A stretch of DNA of 64,000 nucleotides from Acidilobaceae archaeon (GCA_038897215.1 JAWAWX010000001.1:160001-224000); one strand, 5' to 3'; counted from the first letter of the stretch, positions 54,206 through 64,000 are shown. A program made the numbers and translations. The notes: a model not told the origin generated them from the letters alone.

Positions 54206-56860
54206 ATGACGGTAGCCGTCACGCTAACAGATAGAGAGATTCTATCGATGCTGAGACCGTACGTTAGAGAGTGGTTTAGCGGCAAGTACGGAGCCTTCAC
54301 TGAGCCCCAGAGGCTAGCGATACCCTTGATAAAGTCGGGGAGAAACGTCCTCATATCGTCGCCCACGGGGACGGGGAAGACTCTAGCAGCCTTCCTCGGC
54401 ATAATCGACGAACTCTTCTCCATGGGCGAGAACGGGGGTCTAGAAGACTACGTCTACGTAGTCTACGTGAGCCCGCTTAGAGCTCTCAACAACGACGTGA
54501 GGAGGAATCTGCTCGAGCCTATGAGCGAGATAAGAGAGACAGCCGCCAGGATGGGGTACGAGCTACCCGAGGTTAGAGTCGCTGTTAGAACAAGCGATAC
54601 CTCTCAGTCAGAGAAGCAGAGGATGGCGAGAAAGCCCCCCCATATATTGATAACGACTCCGGAGAGTCTAGCGGTAAGCCTCGTAGCCCCCAGGTTTAGA
54701 GACAAGCTGTCTCGAGTCAGATGGGTCATTGTAGACGAGATCCACGACCTAGCCTCGAGCAAGCGTGGAGCCCACCTGATGCTCAGCTTGGAGAGACTAG
54801 AGTGGCTTGTCTCCAGCTCTACTGGGAGAGGCTTCCAGAGGATAGGGCTCTCAGCAACTATAGCTCCTCTAGAGGTCGTAGCCAGCTTCCTGGGAGGCTT
54901 CGACGACGAGGGCAGGCCTAGGAGCGTGGAGGTAGTCGACGCTAGATTCTCTAAGCCTATAGATATCCGCGTAGTAGTCCCAGACGTCGACATAATTGAT
55001 GGCCCTCCGGACAAGGTCAACGAGTCTATATACAAGAAGCTAGCGGAGCTCATCGAATCCCACAGGACGACTCTGGTATTCACGAACACTAGGAGCGCCA
55101 CGGAGAGAGTGGTCTTCAAGCTTAAGAGGATCCTCTCGAGTAACGGTCTCGAGGACCTCGACAGGATAGAGGCTCACCACTCAAGCATCTCGAGAGACCT
55201 AAGGCTATCGGTCGAGGAGAGGCTCAAGAGGGGAGAGCTTAAGGTAGTAGTCTCTAGCACGAGCCTAGAGCTCGGCATAGACATAGGATACATAGACCTA
55301 GTAGCTCTCCTAGGTAGTCCCAAGAGCACCACTAGGCTCCTCCAGAGAGTGGGTAGAGCGGGCCACAGGATAACAGAGGTCAGCAAGGGAGCGATCATAG
55401 TGGTCGATAGAGACGACCTTGTAGAGTGCAGCGTTCTAGCTAAGAGCGCTATGGAGAGAGCGATAGATAGCGTGAAGATCCCCGAGAAGCCTCTCGATGT
55501 CCTAGCTCAACACATTGTGGGGATGAGTGTAGAGAGGAGGTGGTCGATAGACGAGGCCTACAGGCTGGTGAGGAGAGCCTACAACTACAGAAACCTGACC
55601 ATGGAGGAGTTCATGAGCGTGCTCAGATACCTAGCTGGGAGATACGAGTCCTCTGAGAGCCTCGAAGCTGAGAGAGTCTACGCTAAGATATGGCTGGACG
55701 AGGAGGAGAGAGTATTCGGCAGGAAGAGAGGAGCCCGCATGATCTATCAGCTCAACTCCGGAGTCATACCCGACGAGGCTAAGATAGAGGTCGTGACCAC
55801 TTCCGGCAGGTACGTAGGCAACCTAGAGGAGGGCTTCGTCGAGATACTCGTTCCAGGAGACATATTCGTGCTTGGAGGCAGAACCTACAAGTTCCTGAAG
55901 TCAGAGGGGCTCCTAGCAGTAGTAGAGCCCGTGGAGGGAGCTAAGCCCACTGTGCCCACGTGGTATAGCGAGATGCTACCTCTAAGCTTCGAGAGCGCTC
56001 TCAGAGTAGGGAGGTTTAGGAGGAGGCTAGCTCAGCTACTCAGAGAGGGGAGAGAGGAGGAGGCTCGTAGAGAACTCGAGGAGGTCTACAGGCTTCAGCC
56101 AGAAGCAGCTAAGATAATCTTAGACTATGTGAGAGAACAGCTAGAGTACGTCGGCGAAGTTCCCGGAGACGATTTGATCCTAGTTGAGTACTTCTGGGAT
56201 AGCGAGTGGAGTATAGTCTTCCACACTCTCTACGGGAGGAGAGTCAACGACGCGCTCTCGAGAGCTCTAGCCGCGAAGCTCTCGGAGCGCATCCTAGCCC
56301 CTGTTAGGATCACGGTTACAGACAATGGCTTCATGCTGAGCTACGATGCCCCCATAGAGCCCTCTCGAGAGCTCATAGAGGAGGTGCTCGGCTCTCTAAG
56401 CCCGGAGAGCCTCTGGAAGACTCTAGAGGAGGCTGTAGAGAACACTGAGCTCTTCAAGAAGAGGTTCAGGCACGTAGCCGAGAGGTCTTTCATGATACTG
56501 AGAAGGTATAAGGGTAAAGAGAAGAGCCCCGATAGGCTCCAGCTGAGCGCAGAGAAGCTCGCTAAAGTGCTTCTAGCCTACTTCAGGCACCTTCCACCAG
56601 TCAGAGAGACCTTTAGAGAGATACTGGAAGACTACATGGACATTGAGAACGCCAGAAGAGTGCTAGAGTGGCTAAGAGAAGGCAGAATCAAAGTAGCGGT
56701 CGCTGGGCCTCTAGAACACCCATCACCAATGGCTCACAGCATAGTAGTCAAGAGCTTCAGCGACGTTGTCCTCATGGAGGATAGAAGAAGACTCCTCAAG
56801 GCTCTCAGAGAGAGGATACTAGAAGCGATCAAGTCGAGGAAGAGAGCTCCAGAGACCTAG
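54206..56860 (+). CDS. lhr: Lhr-family SF2 helicase
   Basis: SPTGTGKT, SPLRALNND, DEIH, GLSAT, HHSS, LELGID and QRVGRAGH motifs. Confidence 0.93.
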   Translation: MTVAVTLTDREILSMLRPYVREWFSGKYGAFTEPQRLAIPLIKSGRNVLISSPTGTGKTLAAFLGIIDELFSMGENGGLEDYVYVVYVSPLRALNNDVRRNLLEPMSEIRETAARMGYELPEVRVAVRTSDTSQSEKQRMARKPPHILITTPESLAVSLVAPRFRDKLSRVRWVIVDEIHDLASSKRGAHLMLSLERLEWLVSSSTGRGFQRIGLSATIAPLEVVASFLGGFDDEGRPRSVEVVDARFSKPIDIRVVVPDVDIIDGPPDKVNESIYKKLAELIESHRTTLVFTNTRSATERVVFKLKRILSSNGLEDLDRIEAHHSSISRDLRLSVEERLKRGELKVVVSSTSLELGIDIGYIDLVALLGSPKSTTRLLQRVGRAGHRITEVSKGAIIVVDRDDLVECSVLAKSAMERAIDSVKIPEKPLDVLAQHIVGMSVERRWSIDEAYRLVRRAYNYRNLTMEEFMSVLRYLAGRYESSESLEAERVYAKIWLDEEERVFGRKRGARMIYQLNSGVIPDEAKIEVVTTSGRYVGNLEEGFVEILVPGDIFVLGGRTYKFLKSEGLLAVVEPVEGAKPTVPTWYSEMLPLSFESALRVGRFRRRLAQLLREGREEEARRELEEVYRLQPEAAKIILDYVREQLEYVGEVPGDDLILVEYFWDSEWSIVFHTLYGRRVNDALSRALAAKLSERILAPVRITVTDNGFMLSYDAPIEPSRELIEEVLGSLSPESLWKTLEEAVENTELFKKRFRHVAERSFMILRRYKGKEKSPDRLQLSAEKLAKVLLAYFRHLPPVRETFREILEDYMDIENARRVLEWLREGRIKVAVAGPLEHPSPMAHSIVVKSFSDVVLMEDRRRLLKALRERILEAIKSRKRAPET

Positions 56861-56989
56861 AGGTCAACCGTGAGCTCTCCGGCACGCTGCTCTCCACGAG
56901 CTCTAATCGGCTTTCCCCTTCTCGGAGCTTGCTCGAGTCTATTCGCGAGAATACGTAATTATAAACATTGCGGACTCGAATCAACTACG

Positions 56990-58261
56990 GTGAGTAGATT
57001 GAGCACTCTCAGAGACCCGTATGAGGAGGCGAAGAAGCAGCTCAGAGCGGCAGTCGAGTTGCTAGGCTTGGGGCACGATGTATACGAGGCTCTAGCTGTT
57101 CCCGAGAGAGTCGTTCAGGTCAAGATCCCCGTTAGGATGGATGATGGTAGCGTCAAGGTGTTTATTGGCTGGAGGAGTCAGCATAACAGCGCTCTAGGTC
57201 CATACAAGGGAGGTGTACGCTACCACCCCGAGACCACCATGAATGAAGTCATAGCTCTAAGCATGCTGATGACTTGGAAGTGTAGTCTAGCAGGTCTACC
57301 GTACGGTGGGGGTAAGGGCGGAGTCAGAGTTGACCCTAGGCGCTTGAGCATTGGAGAGCTCGAGAGACTGAGTAGAGGCTATCTAGCAGCTATAGCAGAG
57401 ATTGTCGGCGAAGACCTGGATATACTGGCTCCCGACGTTTACACCAACCCTCAGGTGATGGCTTGGTATTTCGATGAGTTCTCTAAGATAAAGCGCGGGC
57501 TATACTTCGGAGTAGCTACCGGGAAGCCTGCAGAGACCGGGGGCCTGGGAGCTAGAGTATACTCCACAGGGCTGGGTGTAGCCATATCGGCTAGAGAAGC
57601 GGCTAAGAAAGTGCTAGGCGGAATCGAGGGTAGAACCGTGGCGATACAAGGATTCGGGAATGTCGGAGCTCATGCCGCTCGCTTCTTGGAGGAGATGGGC
57701 GCCACCATAGTCGCAGTCAGCGATAGCAGAGGCGGGGTATTCAACTCGAACGGGTTGAAGATAAGCGAGGTCATAGACGTCAAGGAGAAGACAGGGTCGG
57801 TGGTAAACTACGATAGAGTCGAGAGGAGAGTAACGAATGAGGAGCTACTAGAGCTAAAGGTAGATATACTGATACCCGCCGCTATAGAGAACGCGATAAC
57901 AGAGGCGAACGCTAGAAGAGTCAAAGCAGAGGTCATAGTGGAGGGTGCTAACGGACCGACGACAGTCGAGGCTGAGAGAATGCTGACAGAAGCGGGGGTC
58001 GTCATAGTGCCAGATATCCTAGCTAACGCTGGGGGAGTGATAATGAGTCACATAGAATGGGTCAATAACAGAATAGGAGGCTGGATAACAGAAGAGGAGG
58101 CTAGGAGAAAGCTAGAGGAGAGAATGATGACATCATTCAATACAGTGTGGAGCTTCTGGGACACAAAGCTAGACAAGAGCAAGCACAACCTTAGAGCAGC
58201 AGCTTACGCTATAGCCGTGGATAGAGTGGTTAGAGCTATGAAGCTCAGAGGCCAGCTTTGA
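56990..58261 (+). CDS. gdhA: glutamate dehydrogenase
   Basis: GPYKGGVRY, GGGKGG, APDV, GFGNVG, EGANGP and PDILANAGGV motifs; start moved to GTG 56990, with a TATA (AATTATAAA) about 25 nt upstream. Confidence 0.95.
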   Translation: MSRLSTLRDPYEEAKKQLRAAVELLGLGHDVYEALAVPERVVQVKIPVRMDDGSVKVFIGWRSQHNSALGPYKGGVRYHPETTMNEVIALSMLMTWKCSLAGLPYGGGKGGVRVDPRRLSIGELERLSRGYLAAIAEIVGEDLDILAPDVYTNPQVMAWYFDEFSKIKRGLYFGVATGKPAETGGLGARVYSTGLGVAISAREAAKKVLGGIEGRTVAIQGFGNVGAHAARFLEEMGATIVAVSDSRGGVFNSNGLKISEVIDVKEKTGSVVNYDRVERRVTNEELLELKVDILIPAAIENAITEANARRVKAEVIVEGANGPTTVEAERMLTEAGVVIVPDILANAGGVIMSHIEWVNNRIGGWITEEEARRKLEERMMTSFNTVWSFWDTKLDKSKHNLRAAAYAIAVDRVVRAMKLRGQL

Positions 58262-58264
58262 CTC

Positions 58265-59179
58265 CTAGAGAGCTAGGAAGAATCTGAGTATATCTGTTCT
58301 AGTCAGTATGCCTACTGGTTTCTTCTGGTCGTCTACTACCAGGAGCCTACCTACCCCGTAGAAGTCCATTATCCTCATCGCTTCAGTCAGGCTTTCCTTC
58401 TCGTTCACCACGAAGATCGTCTTCCTCATGTAGTTCGTTACGCTCGCGTCCAGGTCTTCTCTATTGGCTACTGCTTGAGCTATATCGCTTGTCGTGATGA
58501 ACCCGACGACTGTGCCCTCGCTATCGAGTACTGGAGCTCCTCTGATACCGTGTTCTGAGAGTACTCGAGCAGCATCCCTCAGCGTCATAGTGTAGTCTAG
58601 CGTGATAAGGTTACGAGAGCATACACTCCCCACTTGCTCGTCCGGGATCACTGCGAGCTTAGAGATCTCGATCAAGACCTCTGATGAACTCACATCTCTC
58701 CTCTGAACTATCCCTTCGACTACGAACCTCTTCTTAGGCACGCTCTCCAGCCTGACTCTCCTCTTCTCCTCGATCTTGCCCACGTCTCCCGCGACTTTGA
58801 CTAGAGCTCTCGGCTTCTCTGAGGTGAAGATGTCTAGGAGCTCTAACGAGATAGCAGCGAGTCTAAGCTCTTCTCTAACTCCTTCTCTATCGTAGACTAC
58901 CAAGAATCCGTACATGGGTCTAGCTATGTAGGTAGTGGTTCTCACAACCTCGTAAGCCTTGAGAGTCGGGATGTAGCCGCCAGCAGGCCCTGTTTTGCTC
59001 TCAACGAAACCCATGCTCTTCAACCACATCACGGCATTTCTGACAACCCACTCTTCTTTATTCAAGTATTTCGCTATGTCTCTCGTTTTCACCATCTTCT
59101 TACTCTGCTCGTAGATTCTTATCAGAGCTTCTAGGACCTCTCTATGGATAGGCTTGATGCTAGAGTAGGGTGTAGCCAT
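58265..59179 (-). CDS. HTH plus CBS-domain transcriptional regulator (COG2524-like)
   Basis: wHTH with VRN..LK.MG.VES..GP.GGY.PT, followed by two CBS motifs. Confidence 0.88.
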   Translation of the reverse strand: MATPYSSIKPIHREVLEALIRIYEQSKKMVKTRDIAKYLNKEEWVVRNAVMWLKSMGFVESKTGPAGGYIPTLKAYEVVRTTTYIARPMYGFLVVYDREGVREELRLAAISLELLDIFTSEKPRALVKVAGDVGKIEEKRRVRLESVPKKRFVVEGIVQRRDVSSSEVLIEISKLAVIPDEQVGSVCSRNLITLDYTMTLRDAARVLSEHGIRGAPVLDSEGTVVGFITTSDIAQAVANREDLDASVTNYMRKTIFVVNEKESLTEAMRIMDFYGVGRLLVVDDQKKPVGILTRTDILRFFLAL

Positions 59180-59424
59180 TAAACCACCATCTGATGGTTT
59201 CTTGTCGAAGCTTAAAAATCTATCCAGTAGATTCACTAGAGATTCAAGCTCGGCTAGCATCACTCCGACTCTCGCGAATCCAGCCTAGCTCTCACTCCCG
59301 AGCTACAGTTAAGGCGCCGCTCAGACGGGCTACTCGAGTCGTAGAGTAGAGAGTGCTCCAGGTATACGCGTAGACACGGAGCGGAGACCCGGGGGGAGAT
59401 TGTGGAGGGCGAGGCTCTAGTCTT

Positions 59425-60216
59425 CTACCTTCGCTGAGCTTCTCTTAGCGTCTTCTGCTTCTCTCTTCTAGCTTTCGGGGCTCCTAGCAGGTTTTGGAGA
59501 TGCTTAGGGCTAGCTTTAAAGACCTCCATTGCTATGATTCTTATGTAGTCGTCGTCCGGCATTCTCTTCTTAGAGAGCCCTAGCTCTAGCGCTAGAGCTC
59601 GCTTAGCCGCCTCCTTGGTTATCTTATCCTTTATCTCTCCTCTGCTTATCGCCTCCGCTATCTTGAAGGCCACGTAGAACTTAGCGTAGTTGCTCGCAAC
59701 CTTCTCCTTGTCCGGGAAGACTTCTCTAAGCTTTTTGAGTAGCTGGAGGAACGTCTCGTCTCTATCGAACCCGAAGTATACCTGGACCATCTTCAGCCTG
59801 AGGATCCTGGCTAGAGTGTTATCGTCCGGGCTCCCGCCCAGCAGTATTCTCACGCGTTCTCTAGCTCTCTCAGGGGGCTCCGATAGGATGATCGATATCG
59901 CGTTCTCGTACTTGTACTCTTCGACGAATATCTTGTCGAAGAGTTCAGAGTACTCTTCCTCCAAGCCCATCCCGTACCTACCTACAACGTATAGACTTGA
60001 TAACTCCTTATCGTATATGTCCTGAGGGTTAGAGGCGCCCTTGATTGGAGCTATCTTCTCTCTCTTGTAGACTTCAGAGAGCACTCTAGCTATATCGTGC
60101 CTGGTTAGAGCTCCCCCGGACTCCTCCCACATCTCTATGATCTTCTGCCAGACATCCATGAGGATGTTTATGCGTGTCTTGACGTCGACCACTCTCCTCT
60201 TCGTCAACACCACCAC
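59425..60216 (-). CDS. DUF2192-like conserved crenarchaeal protein
   Basis: PIKG..P.DIYDKELSSLYVVGRYG. Confidence 0.7.
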   Translation of the reverse strand: MVVLTKRRVVDVKTRINILMDVWQKIIEMWEESGGALTRHDIARVLSEVYKREKIAPIKGASNPQDIYDKELSSLYVVGRYGMGLEEEYSELFDKIFVEEYKYENAISIILSEPPERARERVRILLGGSPDDNTLARILRLKMVQVYFGFDRDETFLQLLKKLREVFPDKEKVASNYAKFYVAFKIAEAISRGEIKDKITKEAAKRALALELGLSKKRMPDDDYIRIIAMEVFKASPKHLQNLLGAPKARREKQKTLREAQRR

Positions 60217-60328
60217 GCTCGCTTATCCTCCAAGGCATCGGCTGTAGTTGAGCGCGTCTTAATCAAGCTTTAAGGTCTAGCTCGAGCCTAATATCTCCTA
60301 GGGGTCGCTTATAGCGAGCTCTTGGTTC

Positions 60329-60493
60329 TTGAGAGAAGAGGTGAGAGTAGTCAAGTCGAGCGAGTGCGGGGGGCTTAGCGAGTGCTCTCGAATCTGTAGC
60401 GAGGACTTAGTGATAGTAGCTAGACCAGAGGAGCTTCTAGAGAGTGGAGTGCTCCCGAGAGACTGCGTGGTGGTGGTAGAGGATATTGGCTAG
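60329..60493 (+). CDS. small Cys-containing hypothetical protein (54 aa), below the ORF-track cutoff
   Basis: TTG start gives MREEVRVVKSSECGGLSECSRICSEDLVIVARPEELLESGVLPRDCVVVVEDIG*; overlaps the start of the next ORF. Confidence 0.5.
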   Translation: MREEVRVVKSSECGGLSECSRICSEDLVIVARPEELLESGVLPRDCVVVVEDIG

Positions 60494-60668
60494 GCTTGTA
60501 GTAGCGATGCTAGCATCGCTCGATCTAGAGCCTCCCGTTGACGTGTCTACAGAGTGGGTTAGCGGACCTCTCTGGAGCGTCTGGCGGTTAGCTATTCTAG
60601 CTCTTCTACTACTAGCTCTACTGTTAAGCTTGGTGGCTGAGATTGGCTTTGCTGAGAGAGGTGGGTGA
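60486..60668 (+). CDS. small membrane protein
   Basis: One strong TM segment; coupled to ribB. Confidence 0.5.
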   Translation: MARLVVAMLASLDLEPPVDVSTEWVSGPLWSVWRLAILALLLLALLLSLVAEIGFAERGG

Positions 60669-61332
60669 AGCGCTAGAATCAGGGCTCCCCATCGTGATCT
60701 ACGACTTCGAGGAGAGAGAGGGAGAAGCAGACCTCGTCTATCCAGCTTGGGTAGTCGGGGTCGATGAGGTCTACGAGCTGAGAGCCGAGGCTGGGGGGCT
60801 TGTGTGCTACGTGACAGAAGGCTCTCTAGCGAGAAGCCTCGGGATCCCCTGGGCTTACGAACTCATCGGGTCGTGGAGCACTCTATCGCCTCTAGCTTCG
60901 AGAACGCTGAGGTACGGTGATAGACCTGCTTTCACGATATGGGTTAACCATGTTAGTGTCAAGACCGGGATAAGCGATGAAGATAGGAGCGTGACCATAA
61001 GAGAGCTAGACGGAGTCTCGAGGCTCTACTACAGCGGGAGAGTAAGCGAAGCCAGAGAAAAGTTCTACTCGGAGTTCGTAGCCCCAGGCCACGTCCCCAT
61101 CCTGGCATCTAAGAGTCTCAGAGAGAGGAGAGGCCACACGGAGCTCTCGGTAGCTCTCTTCAAGCTAGTAGGCTTGAGGCCGAGCGCGGCTTTCGCGGAG
61201 ATACTCGTGAAGGGGAGGTCGGCTACCTACGAGGAGGCTAGAGAGCTCGCTCTAAAGAAGAGAATCCCTATAGTTAGAGGCTCCGATATCCTGAAGTGGT
61301 GCGAGAGCAGTGAAGTGTGTTGGAGTAGCTGA
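60643..61332 (+). CDS. ribB: 3,4-dihydroxy-2-butanone-4-phosphate synthase
   Basis: REGEAD, GGLVC, TGISD.DR, PGHV and RRGHTE motifs. Confidence 0.95.
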   Translation: MALLREVGEALESGLPIVIYDFEEREGEADLVYPAWVVGVDEVYELRAEAGGLVCYVTEGSLARSLGIPWAYELIGSWSTLSPLASRTLRYGDRPAFTIWVNHVSVKTGISDEDRSVTIRELDGVSRLYYSGRVSEAREKFYSEFVAPGHVPILASKSLRERRGHTELSVALFKLVGLRPSAAFAEILVKGRSATYEEARELALKKRIPIVRGSDILKWCESSEVCWSS

Positions 61333-61771
61333 CACTACCTTCGCTAGAGTAGACATGGCTCGCTACGCCATTGAGGTCTTGGAGAGAGAGCTCCCGGGGT
61401 ACAGGATAGTCAGGCACACAGTCCCCGGAATCAAGGACCTCCCCGCAGCAGCTAGGAGACTGCTAGACCTGGGTTGCGATGGCGTGATAACCCTCGGGTG
61501 GGTTGGCTCAAGCCAGGTGGATAAGTACAGCTACATAGCTTCCAGCGTTGGCCTGATAGTTCTCGGAGTACTAACCGGCAAGATAATCATAGACGTGACT
61601 GTCCACGAGGACGAAGCCGAGAGCCCGGAGGAACTCAAGACTATAGCTGTTGAGAGAGCGAGAGCTCACGCTAGAAACCTAGCGGCTCTAATCAAGGGAG
61701 GCCTCGAGGCTCTGACTCCGAGAGCGGGCATGGGGGTCAGGCAGGGGAGGCCCGACGTGGGGCCTCTCTAG
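61310..61771 (+). CDS. ribC: archaeal riboflavin synthase
   Basis: DTTFARVDM, TVPGIKDLP, VHEDE and G.RQG..D motifs. Confidence 0.95.
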   Translation: MKCVGVADTTFARVDMARYAIEVLERELPGYRIVRHTVPGIKDLPAAARRLLDLGCDGVITLGWVGSSQVDKYSYIASSVGLIVLGVLTGKIIIDVTVHEDEAESPEELKTIAVERARAHARNLAALIKGGLEALTPRAGMGVRQGRPDVGPL

Positions 61772-62460
61772 CTCTCAGAGACTCTGGAAACCCATCTAGC
61801 TTCATCTTCATCGTAGACTAAGAGCCCTAGTCTAGCAAGCTTCTTGAATAGCTTAGACCCGCTCTCTCCCAGAGCTATTCCCGCGAGCTCTGAAGCCTCG
61901 TCTACGCTAGAGACGCTGATGTTCCCGACCTCTTCGAGAAACCTCTTCCAGAAGTCTCTGTCTACAGCGATCCTCTCCTGCCCGCGCTCTATCACAACAG
62001 CTCCTTCTCTCTTCAGCTTCTCGAAGAACCTCTCGGGAGCTCTAAGCCACTTAACGTCCTCGCTGAAGACCACGCCCTCCTTCTTCAGCCTATCGACAGC
62101 AGTGAGAGCTCTCCTAACCGTAGCTGGGTGAGTCTCGAGCTCCTGCTTGCTCTCTTCGTGAAGCCTCCCCGAGGACTCTAAGACCTCTTGTATCTGCGAG
62201 AGTCTTCTCAGAACCTCGTCTACTTTAGCTGTGAAGGGGTTCAACAGGTCTGCTATGAATCTCTCCATCCTCCTATAAGTCTGTTCGAGGTCTCCCCCAG
62301 CTCCCCGCTCCAGCCTCCTCCCCTCAGCTAGAGCTCTCAAGACCCCCCTCACGTACTCCGGCACCGTAGCATAGCCCTCTGACTCTGCAAGAGCTCGTAG
62401 CTTCTCGTACTCGCTCCTAGATATCCTCACCTTGAGTATAACCTCCTCCTCAGAGCTCAA
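61768..62460 (-). CDS. ribbon-helix-helix (CopG-like) protein with C-terminal extension
   Basis: VILKVRISRSEYEKLRALAESEGY..VPEYVR. Confidence 0.75.
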   Translation of the reverse strand: MSSEEEVILKVRISRSEYEKLRALAESEGYATVPEYVRGVLRALAEGRRLERGAGGDLEQTYRRMERFIADLLNPFTAKVDEVLRRLSQIQEVLESSGRLHEESKQELETHPATVRRALTAVDRLKKEGVVFSEDVKWLRAPERFFEKLKREGAVVIERGQERIAVDRDFWKRFLEEVGNISVSSVDEASELAGIALGESGSKLFKKLARLGLLVYDEDEARWVSRVSES

Positions 62461-62535
62461 CCCCGGCTCTCCACGACTCTACTAGGAGAATAGAAGCTAT
62501 AAGCTGGAGCAGTCTCGACCTCAGAGCCCGCGCCT

Positions 62536-63276
62536 TCAGGCTTCTCGCAGAGAGCTCTTGACTACCACGCGTTCTCTCAAACCGTGCCTCCTGACGTCGT
62601 CGAGAGCTTCTGTAGCTAGCGCTACAGCTTCTCCAGCGCTCTCGGCTATCCCGACTCCAGCCTTGAGGTCTGCTATCTCCAACAACCTCGAGGTCAGAGA
62701 GTCGACTACGGCTGGGCTCATTGCTACCAGCACGTTGTCTCCGCCCAGGTAGGCTGCGATGCCCCCCCAGTCGAAAGCGAGTCTCGCTATCCTTGCGTAT
62801 ATCTCTGTGAAGTGGACGAGAGACTCGAGAGGACTCGTTCTCCTAGTGTAGCCCGTTATGTTGTTGAAGTCTATGTGAGCTATAGCTATCGCCTCGGGTC
62901 TCCTGCACTCTCTGAACGCAACCGAGCTCAAGGGAGTCTCGGAGAGTAGCTTGAAGGACTCTCTCTCCGAGTCTCTAGGAGTCTCCCCGCAGGCAGAAGA
63001 CGCTCTCAGAGGTGTCGGCGACACTGCCTTCAGAGCTTCGAGCAAGCCGGGTAGAGCTTCTGGGTCAGCGTTGGGAGCGAGTAGGATCTCGTAGTCGAAC
63101 CTCCCGGGTAGCGCGAAGAACCCCAGTTTCTCCGACTCTCTCTGGAGGACTTTGTAGACCTCAGTCTGAGCCTCCTGGACCCTCCACTCTCTCCGAGACC
63201 CCAGGCTCTCCGTCCACTCCCTGTAGCCGTAGAGTTCAACCAGGACTACTCTAGTCCAGTAGCTCGCGCGGCTCAA
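62536..63276 (-). CDS. gch3: GTP cyclohydrolase III (IIa)
   Basis: GYREWTESLG.RREW.VQ, RFD, AHIDFN, YLGGDN and KAGVG motifs. Confidence 0.9.
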   Translation of the reverse strand: MSRASYWTRVVLVELYGYREWTESLGSRREWRVQEAQTEVYKVLQRESEKLGFFALPGRFDYEILLAPNADPEALPGLLEALKAVSPTPLRASSACGETPRDSERESFKLLSETPLSSVAFRECRRPEAIAIAHIDFNNITGYTRRTSPLESLVHFTEIYARIARLAFDWGGIAAYLGGDNVLVAMSPAVVDSLTSRLLEIADLKAGVGIAESAGEAVALATEALDDVRRHGLRERVVVKSSLREA

Positions 63277-63302
63277 CCAAACGCCCCCGAGGCTGCTGCC
63301 CC

Positions 63303-63761
63303 CTACTCTATGACTACAGTCTCCCCAGTGTACGATACCCTCTTGAGTTCACTAAGCCTCCGCGACATCTTGACAGCGGCCTCTACAGCTCTCCTAGCGT
63401 ACTCCTCAGCTCTCTCTAGAGCCTGCATTCTGGAAGCGCCGGGGCCTATGACTCCTAGAGCCACGGGTTTCCCGTGAGCCACACCGATGTCTAGTAGCTT
63501 TCTCGCTGCTTGGTGAGCGACTACCTCGTCGTGGCTCGTCTCACCCTTCAGCACTGCTCCCAGGACCACTACTGCGTCGACGTAGTCCAGCCTAGCCACC
63601 TGGTCGACAGCATAGGGGGCATCGTAGACTCCGGGCACCTTGAAGACCAGCGTTACAGTCGCTCCGAGAAACTTGGCGTGAGATAGTGCCTTCTCTAGCA
63701 TGACTCTAGTCACGTCGTAGTTGAACTCCGAGACAACTAGAGCGAGCCTTACACTACTCAA
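63303..63761 (-). CDS. ribH: 6,7-dimethyl-8-ribityllumazine synthase
   Basis: SEFN, VPGVYD, LGAVLKGETSHD and PVALG motifs. Confidence 0.96.
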   Translation of the reverse strand: MSSVRLALVVSEFNYDVTRVMLEKALSHAKFLGATVTLVFKVPGVYDAPYAVDQVARLDYVDAVVVLGAVLKGETSHDEVVAHQAARKLLDIGVAHGKPVALGVIGPGASRMQALERAEEYARRAVEAAVKMSRRLSELKRVSYTGETVVIE

Positions 63762-63944
63762 AGCCAGCTCCCGACTCCTCCAGCTCTAATCCACTCCCTT
63801 AAAACTCTACGCTTCAGAGTAGTCTCGAACACCTTGGTCTAAACGAGTAGCGGCTGAGCTTAGAAGACTTAAACGCTTCCCCATAACCGGGGGATACGAC
63901 TAGATTTAAGTCTCGCTCTTCACATCAACTTAAGGGGTCTAGAG

Positions 63945-64000
63945 ATGGGGTATCTTAATCTCAAAGTCATGGAGTCCTACCCCTCGGATGTCGGCAGAAA
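63945..64000 (+). CDS. CDC48/VAT AAA+ ATPase, N-terminus (runs off the window edge)
   Basis: MGYLNLKVMESYPSDVGR matches the LKV.E...DVGR start of CDC48_N. Confidence 0.7.
   Translation, partial: MGYLNLKVMESYPSDVGR

Noticed and set aside
56870-56989. N-terminal extension of gdhA
   Set aside because: It contains the TATA box; GTG 56990 fits a leaderless start.

Overview
This window is gene-dense chromosomal DNA from a thermophilic crenarchaeon (Thermoproteota; Desulfurococcales/Acidilobales-like is an inference from topoisomerase VI, a PCNA paralog, AGOG, archaeal RibC and GCH-III, tetraether synthase, a BHB-intron tRNA and frequent TTG/GTG starts). Most of it is housekeeping. It holds malic enzyme and fumarase, SufCB(Sms)-thiL, top6BA, a CBS cluster with a GPN GTPase, serS, UbiD, tRNA-Glu and tRNA-Cys, two GT4 glycosyltransferases, deoC, aconitase and a Liv-type ABC transporter. 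Further along are GGR, PCNA, tes, speE, prs, trm, rnz, AGOG, TrkH, Lhr, gdhA, a riboflavin cluster and the start of cdc48. No CRISPR array, rRNA, transposase or integrase was seen. The most unusual observations are: (1) a Liv-family substrate-binding protein that appears circularly permuted; (2) an orphan minimal ESCRT-III/CdvB-like protein; (3) four candidate C/D-box guide RNAs, one with two guides that match a single tRNA 5' half; (4) three adjacent apparent pseudoenzymes (MBL fold without metal ligands, TFS without its C-terminal ribbon, radical-SAM homolog without CxxxCxxC); (5) a surface-protein gene cut by a 14-bp tandem duplication; (6) helically phased CCCTA repeats; and (7) strong CTAG enrichment. 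All calls come from motif recognition by eye; no searches were run.
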